Below are positions 10,371 to 20,830 of a stretch of 64,000 nt of DNA, piece after piece. Location of the stretch: the IMG/VR virus record IMGVR_UViG_3300046328_000506, positions 66,172 through 130,171 of that record. One strand, written 5' to 3'. Numbering within the stretch: the first letter of the stretch is position 1; each line of letters opens with the position of its first letter. Under the pieces are notes generated by a model, which saw only the letters and a program-made list of their open reading frames with translations, searched no databases and had not been told where the DNA came from. The position numbers were made by a program, and so were the translations under genes. Source of the DNA: a virus.

Positions 10371-10715
10371 TTATAAGTTTTTTATTTTTTCTTTAAAACT
10401 TTCTAAGGTTTCATTTATTACAGCCCTTGTTCCCCCAACTTCTACAATCAATTTATCTATCTCATCTCCTTGACAAACACTCAATGGAGGAACATCAAAA
10501 AACAACAAACCATCTTTAAACTCTTGTGCTTTCTCTAAACAACCTTCTGCTATCTCTATGTCTTCTTGTAGTTGCTTATTCTTTTTGTATGTGTACCCCA
10601 TGTTTTTAGCTGATTCCATATCAAGTTCTTCTTCTTGGTACAGCTTATCTAAATTTTTAGCATATTCAGCATACGCTTTTGTATAGCAAAGGATTTTAGT
10701 TTCTATATATTTCAT
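10371..10715 (-). CDS. Hypothetical protein
   Basis: 114-aa ORF within the operon. Confidence 0.6.
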   Translation of the reverse strand: MKYIETKILCYTKAYAEYAKNLDKLYQEEELDMESAKNMGYTYKKNKQLQEDIEIAEGCLEKAQEFKDGLLFFDVPPLSVCQGDEIDKLIVEVGGTRAVINETLESFKEKIKNL

Positions 10716-10717
10716 TG

Positions 10718-11680
10718 TTATTTTGTTATTAAAATTGGAAGTTTATCTATCACAACACCTACTGAATGTATAACTGGTTTAGGATTATCTTTGGCATAAG
10801 CAAATGCTTTTGATTTTGTATCTATTAAACAGCCTACACTCATTGTAAATAATCTTTGTGTAAACCATTGTATTCTACTTAGTGTGTGTAAGTGTCCATG
10901 AACTACTGACCTGCCAGAATACATTACTTTCTTTTCTACTGTCTGTGCTGATAATCCTGTACCATGTGTGTATAATGTTCCATTGTACTCATATTCATCT
11001 GTATAGTTCCATTTGTGAGTTCCAAATATTTCGTTATAGCTTTTAGCTACAAATGAAGGAAGTCCAACAGAACGAAGTTTACGCATAATTAAAGAGCTAT
11101 GATTACCGTAAGTTACTGTTACATCTGGAAACTCTTTATACCACTCTTGCAATTTCTTTTTGGCTAATTTTAATTCATCGCCAGCACTTGCTAAATCTGG
11201 GTCTGATTCGTGGTAAGATATTGCCTGCCCATCTATTTCATCACCAATTAAAATCACTTTACCACAATTAAATTCAGATTTAATATACTTACAAAACGAT
11301 AAAGCATCAGCAGTTTCGTAGGGTAAATGTAAATCTGGTATTACAAGTACGTTTTTAGGATTATTTTTATTTACAATGTTTGGAGCATAAACTGTATCTG
11401 TATAAGCAACCGTTGGTTTTATTACTGTATCTTCAACAAATTGTTCTGCTAACTTAGTTGTTGTAGTTGTTTCTAATTCATCAAATTCATATTTATAAGC
11501 ATTTAATTCAAGCCTTACTAAATATTTACTTACAAATTTTCTCCAACTATCTGATTGTACTTCTGGGTAATTTTCGTCTAATTTAAACTTTACTATTAAC
11601 TCTCTTGCAATCTCTGTTTTTGTTAATCCCTTTTCATTTAATTCTCTAATGTCTCCAAATAAAAACTTGTACTTACTCAT
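10718..11680 (-). CDS. Calcineurin-like metallophosphoesterase
   Basis: IPDLH, GDEID, GNH, HG and GHLH motifs. Confidence 0.9.
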   Translation of the reverse strand: MSKYKFLFGDIRELNEKGLTKTEIARELIVKFKLDENYPEVQSDSWRKFVSKYLVRLELNAYKYEFDELETTTTTKLAEQFVEDTVIKPTVAYTDTVYAPNIVNKNNPKNVLVIPDLHLPYETADALSFCKYIKSEFNCGKVILIGDEIDGQAISYHESDPDLASAGDELKLAKKKLQEWYKEFPDVTVTYGNHSSLIMRKLRSVGLPSFVAKSYNEIFGTHKWNYTDEYEYNGTLYTHGTGLSAQTVEKKVMYSGRSVVHGHLHTLSRIQWFTQRLFTMSVGCLIDTKSKAFAYAKDNPKPVIHSVGVVIDKLPILITK

Positions 11681-11706
11681 AATCTTTTTACTTTTAAATT
11701 AAACTT

Positions 11707-12234
11707 TTAATCTTTCATTATTAAAGCTAAGTTATACTTCTTAGCAAATCTTACTATTCCAATCTCTTTTACTTCTCTATCTATTTCCTCTTGCGCAATC
11801 TCTAAATTAGTTGTATCAATTTTTAACTTAACTGAATCAATTTCTTTCCATTTTCTAAGAGGACATTCCATATAAGCACCTCTACGTTTTGCAGCTAATC
11901 TACAACCACAACCACTTCGGTATTGTTTTTCTGTAACTTTATGTGTGGAAATAAAGTTCCCATCTTCTTCATTTGATACAACATTATATTCATTTGAATT
12001 TATAGGTTGCTCTAATGTATCTTCTGAAATCACTTCACCATTATTATCTGTATGTTGAAATACTTGTGTGGTACATATCTCACCCATTCCAGACTGTGTG
12101 TGTAATTTGCATTTTAAGCACACTGTACGCCTTGTTTCTTCAAGACTACTATTTATATTCAACAACTCCAAAGTGTGTCCTAATGCAATGTCTGGAAGTT
12201 TATTGACTATCTTTTTAATATTATCTAATTTCAT
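11707..12234 (-). CDS. Cys-rich, putative Zn-binding protein
   Basis: RRTVCLKC...GCGCRLAAKRR...CPLRKW. Confidence 0.7.
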   Translation of the reverse strand: MKLDNIKKIVNKLPDIALGHTLELLNINSSLEETRRTVCLKCKLHTQSGMGEICTTQVFQHTDNNGEVISEDTLEQPINSNEYNVVSNEEDGNFISTHKVTEKQYRSGCGCRLAAKRRGAYMECPLRKWKEIDSVKLKIDTTNLEIAQEEIDREVKEIGIVRFAKKYNLALIMKD

Positions 12235-12757
12235 TTGCTTTTATTGCTGATTGTACACTTTTATCAAAATCGTCTTTTAAATATTTTAAATTCGCTAAAT
12301 CTACAGTCTTTCCAATACTTAATGGCGTTTTTCGTATTACATTTGCTATTTTTTCAGATAATGAAGATTTTGGAGTCATTCTAAAACACAGTTCTTTATC
12401 TGTTATTTTTATTAATTCTATAATTGAAACATACTCTGTATCTACAAAAATAGTCAATCCAACTTTAACTTCACCGATTTTATTACTTACTTTACCATAA
12501 GCATTTGCTAATAAGTGTGAATTTCTGTAAGGGTCTCCTTGTGCTATTGGATTTACTGGTATTTTTGTTTTGCCTCCATTTTTATATTTATCTTTATCCA
12601 TTAGTTGATATACAGAACTAAGCATTTCTCCAAAAGAATCTGTGGGAATACTTGCTGTATTATCTAACTCTTCAATCTCTTTTTCTAATGCCTGTATTTG
12701 TAAATTTAATTCCTCATCAGACAATTCTTTTTTCTTTTTCTTAAATAATCCAAACAT
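12221..12757 (-). CDS. Hypothetical protein
   Basis: 178-aa ORF overlapping the next gene. Confidence 0.6.
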   Translation of the reverse strand: MFGLFKKKKKELSDEELNLQIQALEKEIEELDNTASIPTDSFGEMLSSVYQLMDKDKYKNGGKTKIPVNPIAQGDPYRNSHLLANAYGKVSNKIGEVKVGLTIFVDTEYVSIIELIKITDKELCFRMTPKSSLSEKIANVIRKTPLSIGKTVDLANLKYLKDDFDKSVQSAIKANEIR

Positions 12758-12906
12758 AAGATTTACTTGATTTCATTTTTTATTATCTCTTTTACAAATC
12801 CAATTATTAATATTGTAATAACAAATACTGCAATAGTAGTCATTGTAATTTTAAGTGTAAGCATAGTATAAAAATAAAAATGCCCCTAATCTTTTATAAT
12901 TAGAGG

Positions 12907-12938
12907 CAAAGGTAAAACTAATTTTTTGTATTTCCAAA
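12907..12938 (-). promoter_or_regulatory. Bacteroidota housekeeping-sigma promoter
   Basis: Minus strand TTTG-N20-TACCTTTG. Confidence 0.75.
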
Positions 12939-12957
12939 CTATTGTTTTTAAGTTTAC

Positions 12958-13206
12958 TTAAAACCCTATAAGTTCAGATGTTTCTCTGTAAATTAATTCT
13001 AAATCTTTGAACGACAGCACAGCTTGTTTGATTGTATTTTCTTTATTAAAATATAAACACACAGCTTTAATCTTTGGGAATTTAGGGTTATCACTTTCTT
13101 TTTTAAATCCTATGATTCTTAAATGTGGTGTTTCATCTAATCCTTTTATCCTTACTATGTCTCCTGCTGAGAATAAAAACTTACCTTCTTCTTTTTCCTT
13201 TTCCAT
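12958..13206 (-). CDS. Small SH3-like protein (YodC/DUF2158-like)
   Basis: FSAGDIVRIKG...P...CLYF...FKDLELI. Confidence 0.6.
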   Translation of the reverse strand: MEKEKEEGKFLFSAGDIVRIKGLDETPHLRIIGFKKESDNPKFPKIKAVCLYFNKENTIKQAVLSFKDLELIYRETSELIGF

Positions 13207-13259
13207 TTGTCTTTTTAATTTTTGTAAATTGTAAAATTGATTTATTGTTTACAATAATA

Positions 13260-14048
13260 CTACTTATTTAGCAATGGTGTTAAATCTAATATATCACATG
13301 GAATTATCTTATACCCTTCTGGATAAAGTATATCTGAAATTTGTACTAATAGTATACCCTCAATTTTAATGTTTGTATTTCTTTCTATCAGTAATTTATA
13401 CCCAGATTGCTGCATACAATACTCATAGTATTTGTTTTTTTGTAAATGTTCAAATGGTGCAAAAAATTTAAAGTTAGAAACTCTTTCTTTACCTGTATGC
13501 TTACAAGTATAAGTTTCAACTTTTTTAAGTGCTTTGTGTCTATTTGTTTTCCAATCTACAAGCCAATAACCACCAGTATTAACATTATAACAAAGCCTAT
13601 CACCAGCACCACATAACCCAAGTTCTTCATCATACATTATAAGTTCTGAAACTATAACTCGTAAACCAAGTTTTATTAATTCCCTCTCAACTTTTATAAT
13701 TGTAGAAACTGGTACTAATTCTCCATCTACTTTTCTGTATTTATCTTTTGATTCATCTTCAAAGACTTTGTGAATTGCTGAACCACGTATTACACTCTTA
13801 TCTCTTTTCTCATCCCATTGCTTTTCTAAATCTTCCTCTGTAACTCCTAATTCTTTTGATTTTTTTTCTAACCAATAAGGTTTATTAAAAGGTTCTTTAC
13901 AAAGTTCAGCTATTTTACTACAAGATAATTTAAAACGATAATCGGGTTTAGATTTTAATGTATATCTATGTAGTTCTTCGTTAAACTCTAAATCTTTAAA
14001 TACATCAAGTAAGTAATCTCTTACTTTATTTCTTTCTTTTTTAGTCAT
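13260..14048 (-). CDS. PD-(D/E)XK exonuclease
   Basis: HRY, RGSAIH, GAGDRL, VDWKTN and Y..QQSGY motifs. Confidence 0.85.
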   Translation of the reverse strand: MTKKERNKVRDYLLDVFKDLEFNEELHRYTLKSKPDYRFKLSCSKIAELCKEPFNKPYWLEKKSKELGVTEEDLEKQWDEKRDKSVIRGSAIHKVFEDESKDKYRKVDGELVPVSTIIKVERELIKLGLRVIVSELIMYDEELGLCGAGDRLCYNVNTGGYWLVDWKTNRHKALKKVETYTCKHTGKERVSNFKFFAPFEHLQKNKYYEYCMQQSGYKLLIERNTNIKIEGILLVQISDILYPEGYKIIPCDILDLTPLLNK

Positions 14049-14685
14049 TTGGAAAAAATGCTTTTAACGTATGCTTAAAGGGATTACCTTCTATGTTTTT
14101 AATTTGCTGTAACATTTCTTTTGCTACTTCTTGAGTTTCAGCTTGAGCATCTGGTTTTAAACGAAGATTAAATAAATGTAAAAATGAAAGTAACGAGCCT
14201 GTCCAAATAAATGTTGTATTAAGATTTAAAGGGAGTATTGTTCGACTTTGTTCTTTACTAACGCCTAAATCAATTAAACTATTATAAGCTAGTTTGCAAA
14301 CTTCTAATACCTGCGATTCTACAATAGAACATAATTCTTGATTTTCAACTAATCCTTCGCTCCCTTGTTTAGATGATTTAGATTGTTTTCTCCACTCTTT
14401 AATTGTAGTATAAGTATCACTAAAATCTACATATCTACCACTAATGCTGTTAGCTGACATTCCTACTTGATGTTTAAATAATTGCCTTTCTACATAAATA
14501 GGGCAAGTAATTCTAAATTGTAATTGTGGATGTCTAAAAACAGATGTATGCTTGTGTTCTACTAAATACTTAATCAATTTTGCATTTTGTTCTTCGGTAT
14601 AATTTGATGATTCTTTATTATACGAGACACGAGCCGCATTAACCACCATAATATCATCCCCAAAGACTTCTAATAATTCTACCAT
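14041..14685 (-). CDS. thyX: FAD-dependent thymidylate synthase
   Basis: VVNAARVSY, HTSVFRH, RQLFKH, NSISGRY, LRLKPDAQAET. Confidence 0.95.
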   Translation of the reverse strand: MVELLEVFGDDIMVVNAARVSYNKESSNYTEEQNAKLIKYLVEHKHTSVFRHPQLQFRITCPIYVERQLFKHQVGMSANSISGRYVDFSDTYTTIKEWRKQSKSSKQGSEGLVENQELCSIVESQVLEVCKLAYNSLIDLGVSKEQSRTILPLNLNTTFIWTGSLLSFLHLFNLRLKPDAQAETQEVAKEMLQQIKNIEGNPFKHTLKAFFPND

Positions 14686-14786
14686 AATTCTTTACTGTTT
14701 AATTTAAAATACAAATATAGTCTCTACACACAACAAATGCAAAGACTAGATAGTTTATTTTTGTTTTGTAATGTGTAACATTAATT

Positions 14787-17522
14787 TTATTCACAACTAA
14801 TACAATGCGCAAATTTACGACTAAACTCAGAAGCAGATGAAATGTTATGCTGATAATACAAAGTCTTAACTCCCATATCGTGTGCAAGTAACATTAATCT
14901 ATTTACTTCTTTTGCTGTAGTATCTGCTGTAATAAATAAGTTTAATGATTGTGATTGGTCAATATACTTTTGCCTATGTGCTGCTTGTATAATTATTTCT
15001 TCTTGACTAATCTCTCGTGATGTTTTAAATACTAACTTCTCATCATCTGTAAGGAAATCTAAATGTAACACACTTCCCTTTTCTTTCATTATACTATTCC
15101 ATACTTCATCGGTATTTTTACCTTTTTTAATTAATAAGTTTTGTAAGTAGGGATTTTTAATTACAAACTTTCCTTTTGCTAAATCTTTAATATAATAGTT
15201 ACTATCGTAAGGTTCTATACTTTGACTTACTTGTCCTAAAATAAACGCACTACTTGTTGTGGGGGCAATTGCTTGTAGTGTAGTATTTCTTCTACCTGTT
15301 CCTTTTGTCCATTCACATTCACCAAACATTACAGCTAACTTTTTAGACGCTTTTAAGGCTTGTGATTGAATTGTTTTTTGTATTGATACATTATGTAGTC
15401 TTGCTTCCAACGATTCAAATGGTATCATCTTAGATTGTAAATAAGAGTGATAACCTAACCTGCCAATACCTAATGCTCTATGATTCTTAGCAAAGTTTAC
15501 TGTCTTTTCCATGAACTTTATCTTAGATGCCTTATTTATAAACTCTGTCATTACAGCATCCAATAAAAACGTAACTACTTCTACACAATCTGTATCTTTC
15601 CACTCTTCATAATACAAATCATTTAAGGAAGCTAAATCACACACAAAAGATTCTTCAGTATTTACTGGCAAACAAACTTCAGAACAATTAGATGTGATAA
15701 CACTATTACAAATCCAAAGATGCTCATTTGAATTCACTGTCGTACAATACACATCTTCATTACCAACATATTCTATAGATTTTATTTTATACGATTTTTT
15801 ACAGTTACTCCTATATTCTCTATCTTCAATAATAATATTTTTTCGTGATAAAAATCCTGTGTATTTTTCTAATTCTAATGCTGCATTTTTATCTCCAAAA
15901 TATAATCTCCAACAATCCTTTGTTTCATAATATTTATGACCACCATTTCCGTCTGGTAACAATGTTTCGCCAGCTTTTCTCATTATTGCTATCTTTGCAT
16001 TTAAACCGAGATTGTTAAATAGTATTTGTAATTCTTCTAAAAACTCTCGATTAATGTTTGATAGTGATACTTGAAGTGCTTGATTACTTTCTTGTAATCC
16101 GACTGTGCCATCAGCATATAATAATCCCCTTATATATTGCCATTGAGTTAATTCGTCAGATTCCCAAATCCATTGTGGCACATATCCTTTTTCAAAATTT
16201 AATGCTTTTTTTAAACTTTTACTTGTTAATCTTTTCTTTTTAACAGTAGAATGATAAACTGCACAATCTGCAAATTTTGCAATTTCATAAACTCTATTGT
16301 TTACTCCAATATTTGATTTATATTTGTTAGTAATATTAGTAAAACATGTTTCAATTTCTGGTATTAAATCAAAATCGTTTTCCCACACATCTAACATAAC
16401 AGAGTCTTTATGCTGAGTTCCATCTGCTTGATATAGTCCTAATAAAAACGCCTCTTCTTGCATTGAATTTTTGCCAAAAATACCTTTGTTTGTTTGAGTG
16501 CAAACTTTATCATCAACTTTTAAATCTTTACATTCAACCATGCCATACTTATTGTCTCCATAATAAACTTTTACTTTGTGATAAGAAGTAACTGTGTGAG
16601 TAATTCCATTCTCCAAAGTTAATTTATACACAGGAGCATCTTTCTCAATTAATCTCATTGGGGAAGCAGTTACAATTTTTGTATTATCAAAAAGTGTTAA
16701 TTCTTCACCTCTGTCATATAATTCTTTAACAGTTAATAAGCCGTCTGAGGTTGGAACTCGTTCACTCCCTATTACACAAAGATTTGACGCTTTAATCAAG
16801 GATTTGTTCTTATAAACTTCTGGTGTAGATTCTCCGTTATTTACATTATCTTTAAAAAATATGTAAGGTAAACCTGTTTCAAATCTTTTCTGAATTACTT
16901 TAGCCCAAAGATTTCTTTTTTCAGCATCACCCTCTTTCATTTTTTTAATCCAATCAGAAGAAATACATACTCCCCAAGTTAATTGTTGTATTGGATTACC
17001 TTCTTTTCTTATGCCCAACCACTCCTCTATATCTGGATGTGTAATGTCTTGGTAAACAGCAAGATAACCCCTTCTTGATGAGCCTTGAGAAATCGTATTA
17101 CTTACACTTTGGAATAGTTCTAAGAAACTAAATGTACCATTACTCTTACCATTGTTTGTAATAGCACTGCCTCTTGGTCTTACATCTCCAAAATAAGCTG
17201 ATGTACCACCGCCAAGTTTACTCATCATACCTATTTCTGCTGATGTTGATAAAATATCTTCTACTGTATCGTTTACATAACTTGAAAAGCAAGAGATTGG
17301 TAAACCTCTGTCTGTGCCAAAGTTAGTCCAAATAGGTGTAGATAAACTTATCCAACCATTAGCTATGTATTGTTGTAGTTTTATAGAGAAACCTTCTATC
17401 CCTAATATCTTTTCAGCATTATCCCCAACTATTTTTATTCTTTCTTCTACTGTTTGATTTGGTAGTAAATAATCTTTTGATAGAAACTCCTTAGAGTAGT
17501 CTGTAAGCCATCTTATAGTCAT
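14787..17522 (-). CDS. nrdA: Ribonucleotide reductase alpha subunit (NrdAi-type), intein-containing
   Basis: STPIWTNFG, RGLPISCF, GGGTS, SNL/CSE, AIAPTTSSA, DQSQSLN, KTLYYQ and C-terminal CISCE. Confidence 0.95.
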   Translation of the reverse strand: MTIRWLTDYSKEFLSKDYLLPNQTVEERIKIVGDNAEKILGIEGFSIKLQQYIANGWISLSTPIWTNFGTDRGLPISCFSSYVNDTVEDILSTSAEIGMMSKLGGGTSAYFGDVRPRGSAITNNGKSNGTFSFLELFQSVSNTISQGSSRRGYLAVYQDITHPDIEEWLGIRKEGNPIQQLTWGVCISSDWIKKMKEGDAEKRNLWAKVIQKRFETGLPYIFFKDNVNNGESTPEVYKNKSLIKASNLCVIGSERVPTSDGLLTVKELYDRGEELTLFDNTKIVTASPMRLIEKDAPVYKLTLENGITHTVTSYHKVKVYYGDNKYGMVECKDLKVDDKVCTQTNKGIFGKNSMQEEAFLLGLYQADGTQHKDSVMLDVWENDFDLIPEIETCFTNITNKYKSNIGVNNRVYEIAKFADCAVYHSTVKKKRLTSKSLKKALNFEKGYVPQWIWESDELTQWQYIRGLLYADGTVGLQESNQALQVSLSNINREFLEELQILFNNLGLNAKIAIMRKAGETLLPDGNGGHKYYETKDCWRLYFGDKNAALELEKYTGFLSRKNIIIEDREYRSNCKKSYKIKSIEYVGNEDVYCTTVNSNEHLWICNSVITSNCSEVCLPVNTEESFVCDLASLNDLYYEEWKDTDCVEVVTFLLDAVMTEFINKASKIKFMEKTVNFAKNHRALGIGRLGYHSYLQSKMIPFESLEARLHNVSIQKTIQSQALKASKKLAVMFGECEWTKGTGRRNTTLQAIAPTTSSAFILGQVSQSIEPYDSNYYIKDLAKGKFVIKNPYLQNLLIKKGKNTDEVWNSIMKEKGSVLHLDFLTDDEKLVFKTSREISQEEIIIQAAHRQKYIDQSQSLNLFITADTTAKEVNRLMLLAHDMGVKTLYYQHNISSASEFSRKFAHCISCE
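15687..16778 (-). mobile_element. Intein with LAGLIDADG homing endonuclease in NrdA (364 aa)
   Basis: Splice junctions SNL|CVIGSERV and VITSN|CSE; LLGLYQADG and IRGLLYADG motifs. Confidence 0.92.
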
Positions 17523-17544
17523 TGGTTTTATCTATTATAGGTTG

Positions 17545-19494
17545 TTAAAATAAATCGTCTGAAGTAATGCTTTGTGCTTTCTTAGTGTAATTTGTAGGTA
17601 CTTTATTGAAAAAGTCTGTATGTGTATTAGATAAGGTTTCTACATCAAACCATGCTACTTGTTTTAATAGTTCTGTATTAACATAGTATATCTTATTAGC
17701 GCCTATCATTTCTAATGACTTGTTAAATCTATCTTTTAAAAATTCTATAACTACATTTTTAGGTAAGAAATCTATTTCTCCATTTTGGAATATCCAATCT
17801 ACTATTTTTTCTTCTGCTGAAAATGCTTTTTTACAAGCTCTTGTAATTGTGTCGTAAAACTCTTGTGTAAATATTTCTGGGCATTGCTTTTTAACTAAAC
17901 TAATGATATAAGCCCCAGCTTTGGCATGGAGGTCTTCCTCTGACCTTGTAGCTTGTATTACATTATCAATACCTTTAAATAAATTCTTTTCTTTGTTGAA
18001 TGATTTAATAATGAGGAACTGAGAAAACAAAGATACATTCTCTATAAATAAACTAAATAGAGTAAGGGTTAGTATGTATTGTTCTTTGTTATTTGAGCTT
18101 GCGTTTTTTAAATATTTTTCTAAATAATCTATTCTCCCTTGTATAACAGGTTCTTCTATTAGTTTTTCAAACGCTTCATTTAAACCTAATAATTCTAAAA
18201 GATTAGCATAAGCTCTTAGATGACGAATTTCCGAGTTACCCCCAATAAACGTACAATTATTATATCTTGTTACAATTGCACCAGATGGTACAGTTACACA
18301 ATATATATTTCCTGTGTAATTTTCTATTGTTTCTTTAAGTGCGCTAAATGCTACTTTTTCTCTGTTAGCAATAAATGAAACAATATAAACATCGTTAAAT
18401 GTTTCTTTTCTGGAATCTTTATGTATTCCCATATTAGCTTTATATCCAGCCAATGTTCCTATCATTTGTACAATATCAGCGTTTGTTTTGTCTGTGGTAG
18501 AATATTTTATCTTACAATCTTTTTTGTGTGGTAATCTTGTGCCATCCCAGTAAGACAATTCTTCAACAAAATCTTTACACCATAAATGAGATTGTTTATC
18601 AATTACAACCCAATTAAATTGCTTGTAATTAAATTCTGTATCCATATCAATTTCAACTTTAATGTAACCTGTTTTTGTCACATTAAACGTTCTATATGTT
18701 ACATCGCAATCTTTTAATATTTCAAAAAGCCTTTCTTTTTTACGTTCTTTCTTAACACTTATTTCATAAGTATGACAATTAGAACTTGTGCCCCTATGCC
18801 TTTTTTCTCCACTTTTTAATCTTCTCCAACGAATTGAACCATCTGCTTGTATCGCAATTTTTAATCTTTCTAATGATGTTAGTTTATGAATTTCACCATT
18901 AATAATACCTGCTTCTGGTAAAAAATTATTACTATTTTTTACACCAAGTTCTTTAATACTTTTTGATGTGTAGTTTCCTTTTGAATCAAAATACACGATT
19001 CTATGATTTGGTGTGATTTGTACATCAATACCTTTTTTGTGAAGTTTGTGAATTTCTCCAGAGTAATGTTCTTTAATAGTCCTAAGTGCTGGTGTAAAAT
19101 TAATCTTACAATCTTCAGTATACTGTGCTACTAAATCACCAACATTTATTTTTTCAAAATTTACCCATCCATTTGGTGTTAGTATTTCAGTGCCTTCAAT
19201 ATGACACTCACCGAAGCTAACACCCAGCATATCAAATTCTGGTTTGGGGAATTGATTATACAAGTTACTCCAAAACCTTTTTACATTTACTTCTATTTGT
19301 GATATTGCAAGCATTGCATTTGTTACAGCACTTCGTTCTACGACACTCAAATTTGCTTTGAAGTCTTGTATATCACTGTTATAATTGAACTCGCTATGAA
19401 GCCAATAGCTATGGTTTATAGCATCTACAAAATCTATTAACTCTGGGTACTCGTAAGGTTTTAACGTAGTTCTTTTTTCAAATATATTTGGCAT
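17545..19494 (-). CDS. nrdB: Ribonucleotide reductase beta subunit (class Id-like), intein-containing
   Basis: KPYEYP, AISQIEVNVKRFW, SEIRHLRAY, IENVSLFSQF, SEEDLH, HTDFFNK. Confidence 0.93.
   Translation of the reverse strand: MPNIFEKRTTLKPYEYPELIDFVDAINHSYWLHSEFNYNSDIQDFKANLSVVERSAVTNAMLAISQIEVNVKRFWSNLYNQFPKPEFDMLGVSFGECHIEGTEILTPNGWVNFEKINVGDLVAQYTEDCKINFTPALRTIKEHYSGEIHKLHKKGIDVQITPNHRIVYFDSKGNYTSKSIKELGVKNSNNFLPEAGIINGEIHKLTSLERLKIAIQADGSIRWRRLKSGEKRHRGTSSNCHTYEISVKKERKKERLFEILKDCDVTYRTFNVTKTGYIKVEIDMDTEFNYKQFNWVVIDKQSHLWCKDFVEELSYWDGTRLPHKKDCKIKYSTTDKTNADIVQMIGTLAGYKANMGIHKDSRKETFNDVYIVSFIANREKVAFSALKETIENYTGNIYCVTVPSGAIVTRYNNCTFIGGNSEIRHLRAYANLLELLGLNEAFEKLIEEPVIQGRIDYLEKYLKNASSNNKEQYILTLTLFSLFIENVSLFSQFLIIKSFNKEKNLFKGIDNVIQATRSEEDLHAKAGAYIISLVKKQCPEIFTQEFYDTITRACKKAFSAEEKIVDWIFQNGEIDFLPKNVVIEFLKDRFNKSLEMIGANKIYYVNTELLKQVAWFDVETLSNTHTDFFNKVPTNYTKKAQSITSDDLF
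18235..19206 (-). mobile_element. Intein with LAGLIDADG-type endonuclease in NrdB (324 aa)
   Basis: Junctions SFGE|CHIEGTEILT and FIGGN|SEIRH; IAIQADG and ELSYWDG motifs; YCVTVPSG block F. Confidence 0.92.
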
Positions 19495-19526
19495 TGTATA
19501 ATTGTTTATAATTTTAAAAAGGATTG

Positions 19527-19558
19527 CAAAGATAGTCTATAAAAACAAAAAACCCAAA
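19527..19558 (-). promoter_or_regulatory. Bacteroidota promoter driving nrdB-nrdA-thyX
   Basis: Minus strand TTTG-N20-TATCTTTG, about 30 nt upstream of nrdB. Confidence 0.75.
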
Positions 19559-19585
19559 TACTATGATACTTAGGTATTTGGGTTT
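19550..19585 (-). terminator. Hairpin, probable terminator overlapping the nrdB promoter
   Basis: aaacccaaatac...gtatttgggttt followed by a T-rich run on the minus strand. Confidence 0.55.
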
Positions 19586-19613
19586 AACTGTTTGAAATAC
19601 ATTATTTTATTTA

Positions 19614-19874
19614 CTAAAAAATTAATGTAAATATTAATATAATTATTTCAGCAATCCAATAATTTAATATTACTGATAAAGTAGTCATTAGCCACAAGTT
19701 ATCATCTACTAAATCTTTAAAATATTTGTTTACTTTGTCTTGTTGTTCTTCTGGATTGTATTCATCTAATTCTACTGTTCTCGCTAAATACCAATTGTAT
19801 AACAATAAAGATATGTAAATAGCTGATGCTGAAAACGCATATAGAATGTCTTTTGTTTTTTGATTCATAAACAT
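19614..19874 (-). CDS. Small two-TM membrane protein
   Basis: Two hydrophobic helices in 86 aa. Confidence 0.5.
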   Translation of the reverse strand: MFMNQKTKDILYAFSASAIYISLLLYNWYLARTVELDEYNPEEQQDKVNKYFKDLVDDNLWLMTTLSVILNYWIAEIIILIFTLIF

Positions 19875-19922
19875 TAGTTTTATAATGCAAATTTAAGTAC
19901 AAATAATTTAATATCACAATAA

Positions 19923-19954
19923 TTTGATAAAGATTTTTATTATTTATATCTTTG
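19923..19954 (+). promoter_or_regulatory. Bacteroidota promoter for the plus-strand island
   Basis: TTTG-N20-TATCTTTG upstream of the ORF at 19984. Confidence 0.7.
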
Positions 19955-19983
19955 TGCAAAATTAAAACTGATAAAAATAATAA

Positions 19984-20730
19984 ATGGAAACTTTAAAGAC
20001 ATTCAATATAAGTGAATATCCTTGTTTTGTAAAACGAGATGTGTTGAGAAAAGAAATAGAAGCATTAGGTATTAATGTAAATTGTGTATATGATATGTAT
20101 GTATCAGAAGTACAAACTTATAAACATGGAAAGTATGTTTTTGTTTGGAGAACTTCTGGAGTACAAGATTTAATGGGAGATAACATAAAAGATTTAACGG
20201 AAAAACAAAAAGAGGATTTAGTGTACTTAGCTGCAAATGATAATTCTTTTATTTATAATGTGTTTGTTATCCCAATATCTATATTTGACAAAACTCCGTA
20301 TATTGGCTTTCCTGCTGATACATATTCTGGTGATGTTATATCTAAATTAAAATGGATTATTGGGGAATTAAAAAAAGATGCCGAACAATACATTGATAGG
20401 TTTTTATCTTATAATGAGTACATTATTCGTCTGAGTATTGACTGGTATGATGGAAATGATGCTGAATATGAGTTTTTATTCAAACAAAATTTGCAAAATG
20501 AGTTATTTTACATTACCAATATCACAGGTAGAGGAGATACTTATAGATTTGGTATTGATAATAAGATTAGTAAATTAATAAGCGAAAATTTTAAAAGTAT
20601 TATAGACAACTTTAAACTTACCTCTTATACAAGAAATGAAAGTAGGGATAGAGAAAAAGAAGTTAATGGCGAGAAAATTCTCCATAAATGTTACGAAACT
20701 GATTATATAATTAAATTACCAATAAACTAA
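19984..20730 (+). CDS. Hypothetical protein
   Basis: 248-aa ORF with its own promoter; no recognised motif. Confidence 0.7.
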   Translation: METLKTFNISEYPCFVKRDVLRKEIEALGINVNCVYDMYVSEVQTYKHGKYVFVWRTSGVQDLMGDNIKDLTEKQKEDLVYLAANDNSFIYNVFVIPISIFDKTPYIGFPADTYSGDVISKLKWIIGELKKDAEQYIDRFLSYNEYIIRLSIDWYDGNDAEYEFLFKQNLQNELFYITNITGRGDTYRFGIDNKISKLISENFKSIIDNFKLTSYTRNESRDREKEVNGEKILHKCYETDYIIKLPIN

Positions 20731-20830
20731 ATTTAACCTCCCTATAAAAACATGAGTACAATTATTATTATTTTTGCTCTTTTAGTTGTAATTAATTATG
20801 GTGTAAATATTTACATGAATAAAAAATCAA

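Noticed and set aside
567-16243. Plus-strand ORFs overlapping the structural and RNR genes (e.g. 2466-2939, 7979-8266, 15694-15930)
   Set aside because: Antisense shadows of well-supported minus-strand genes, with no recognisable motifs
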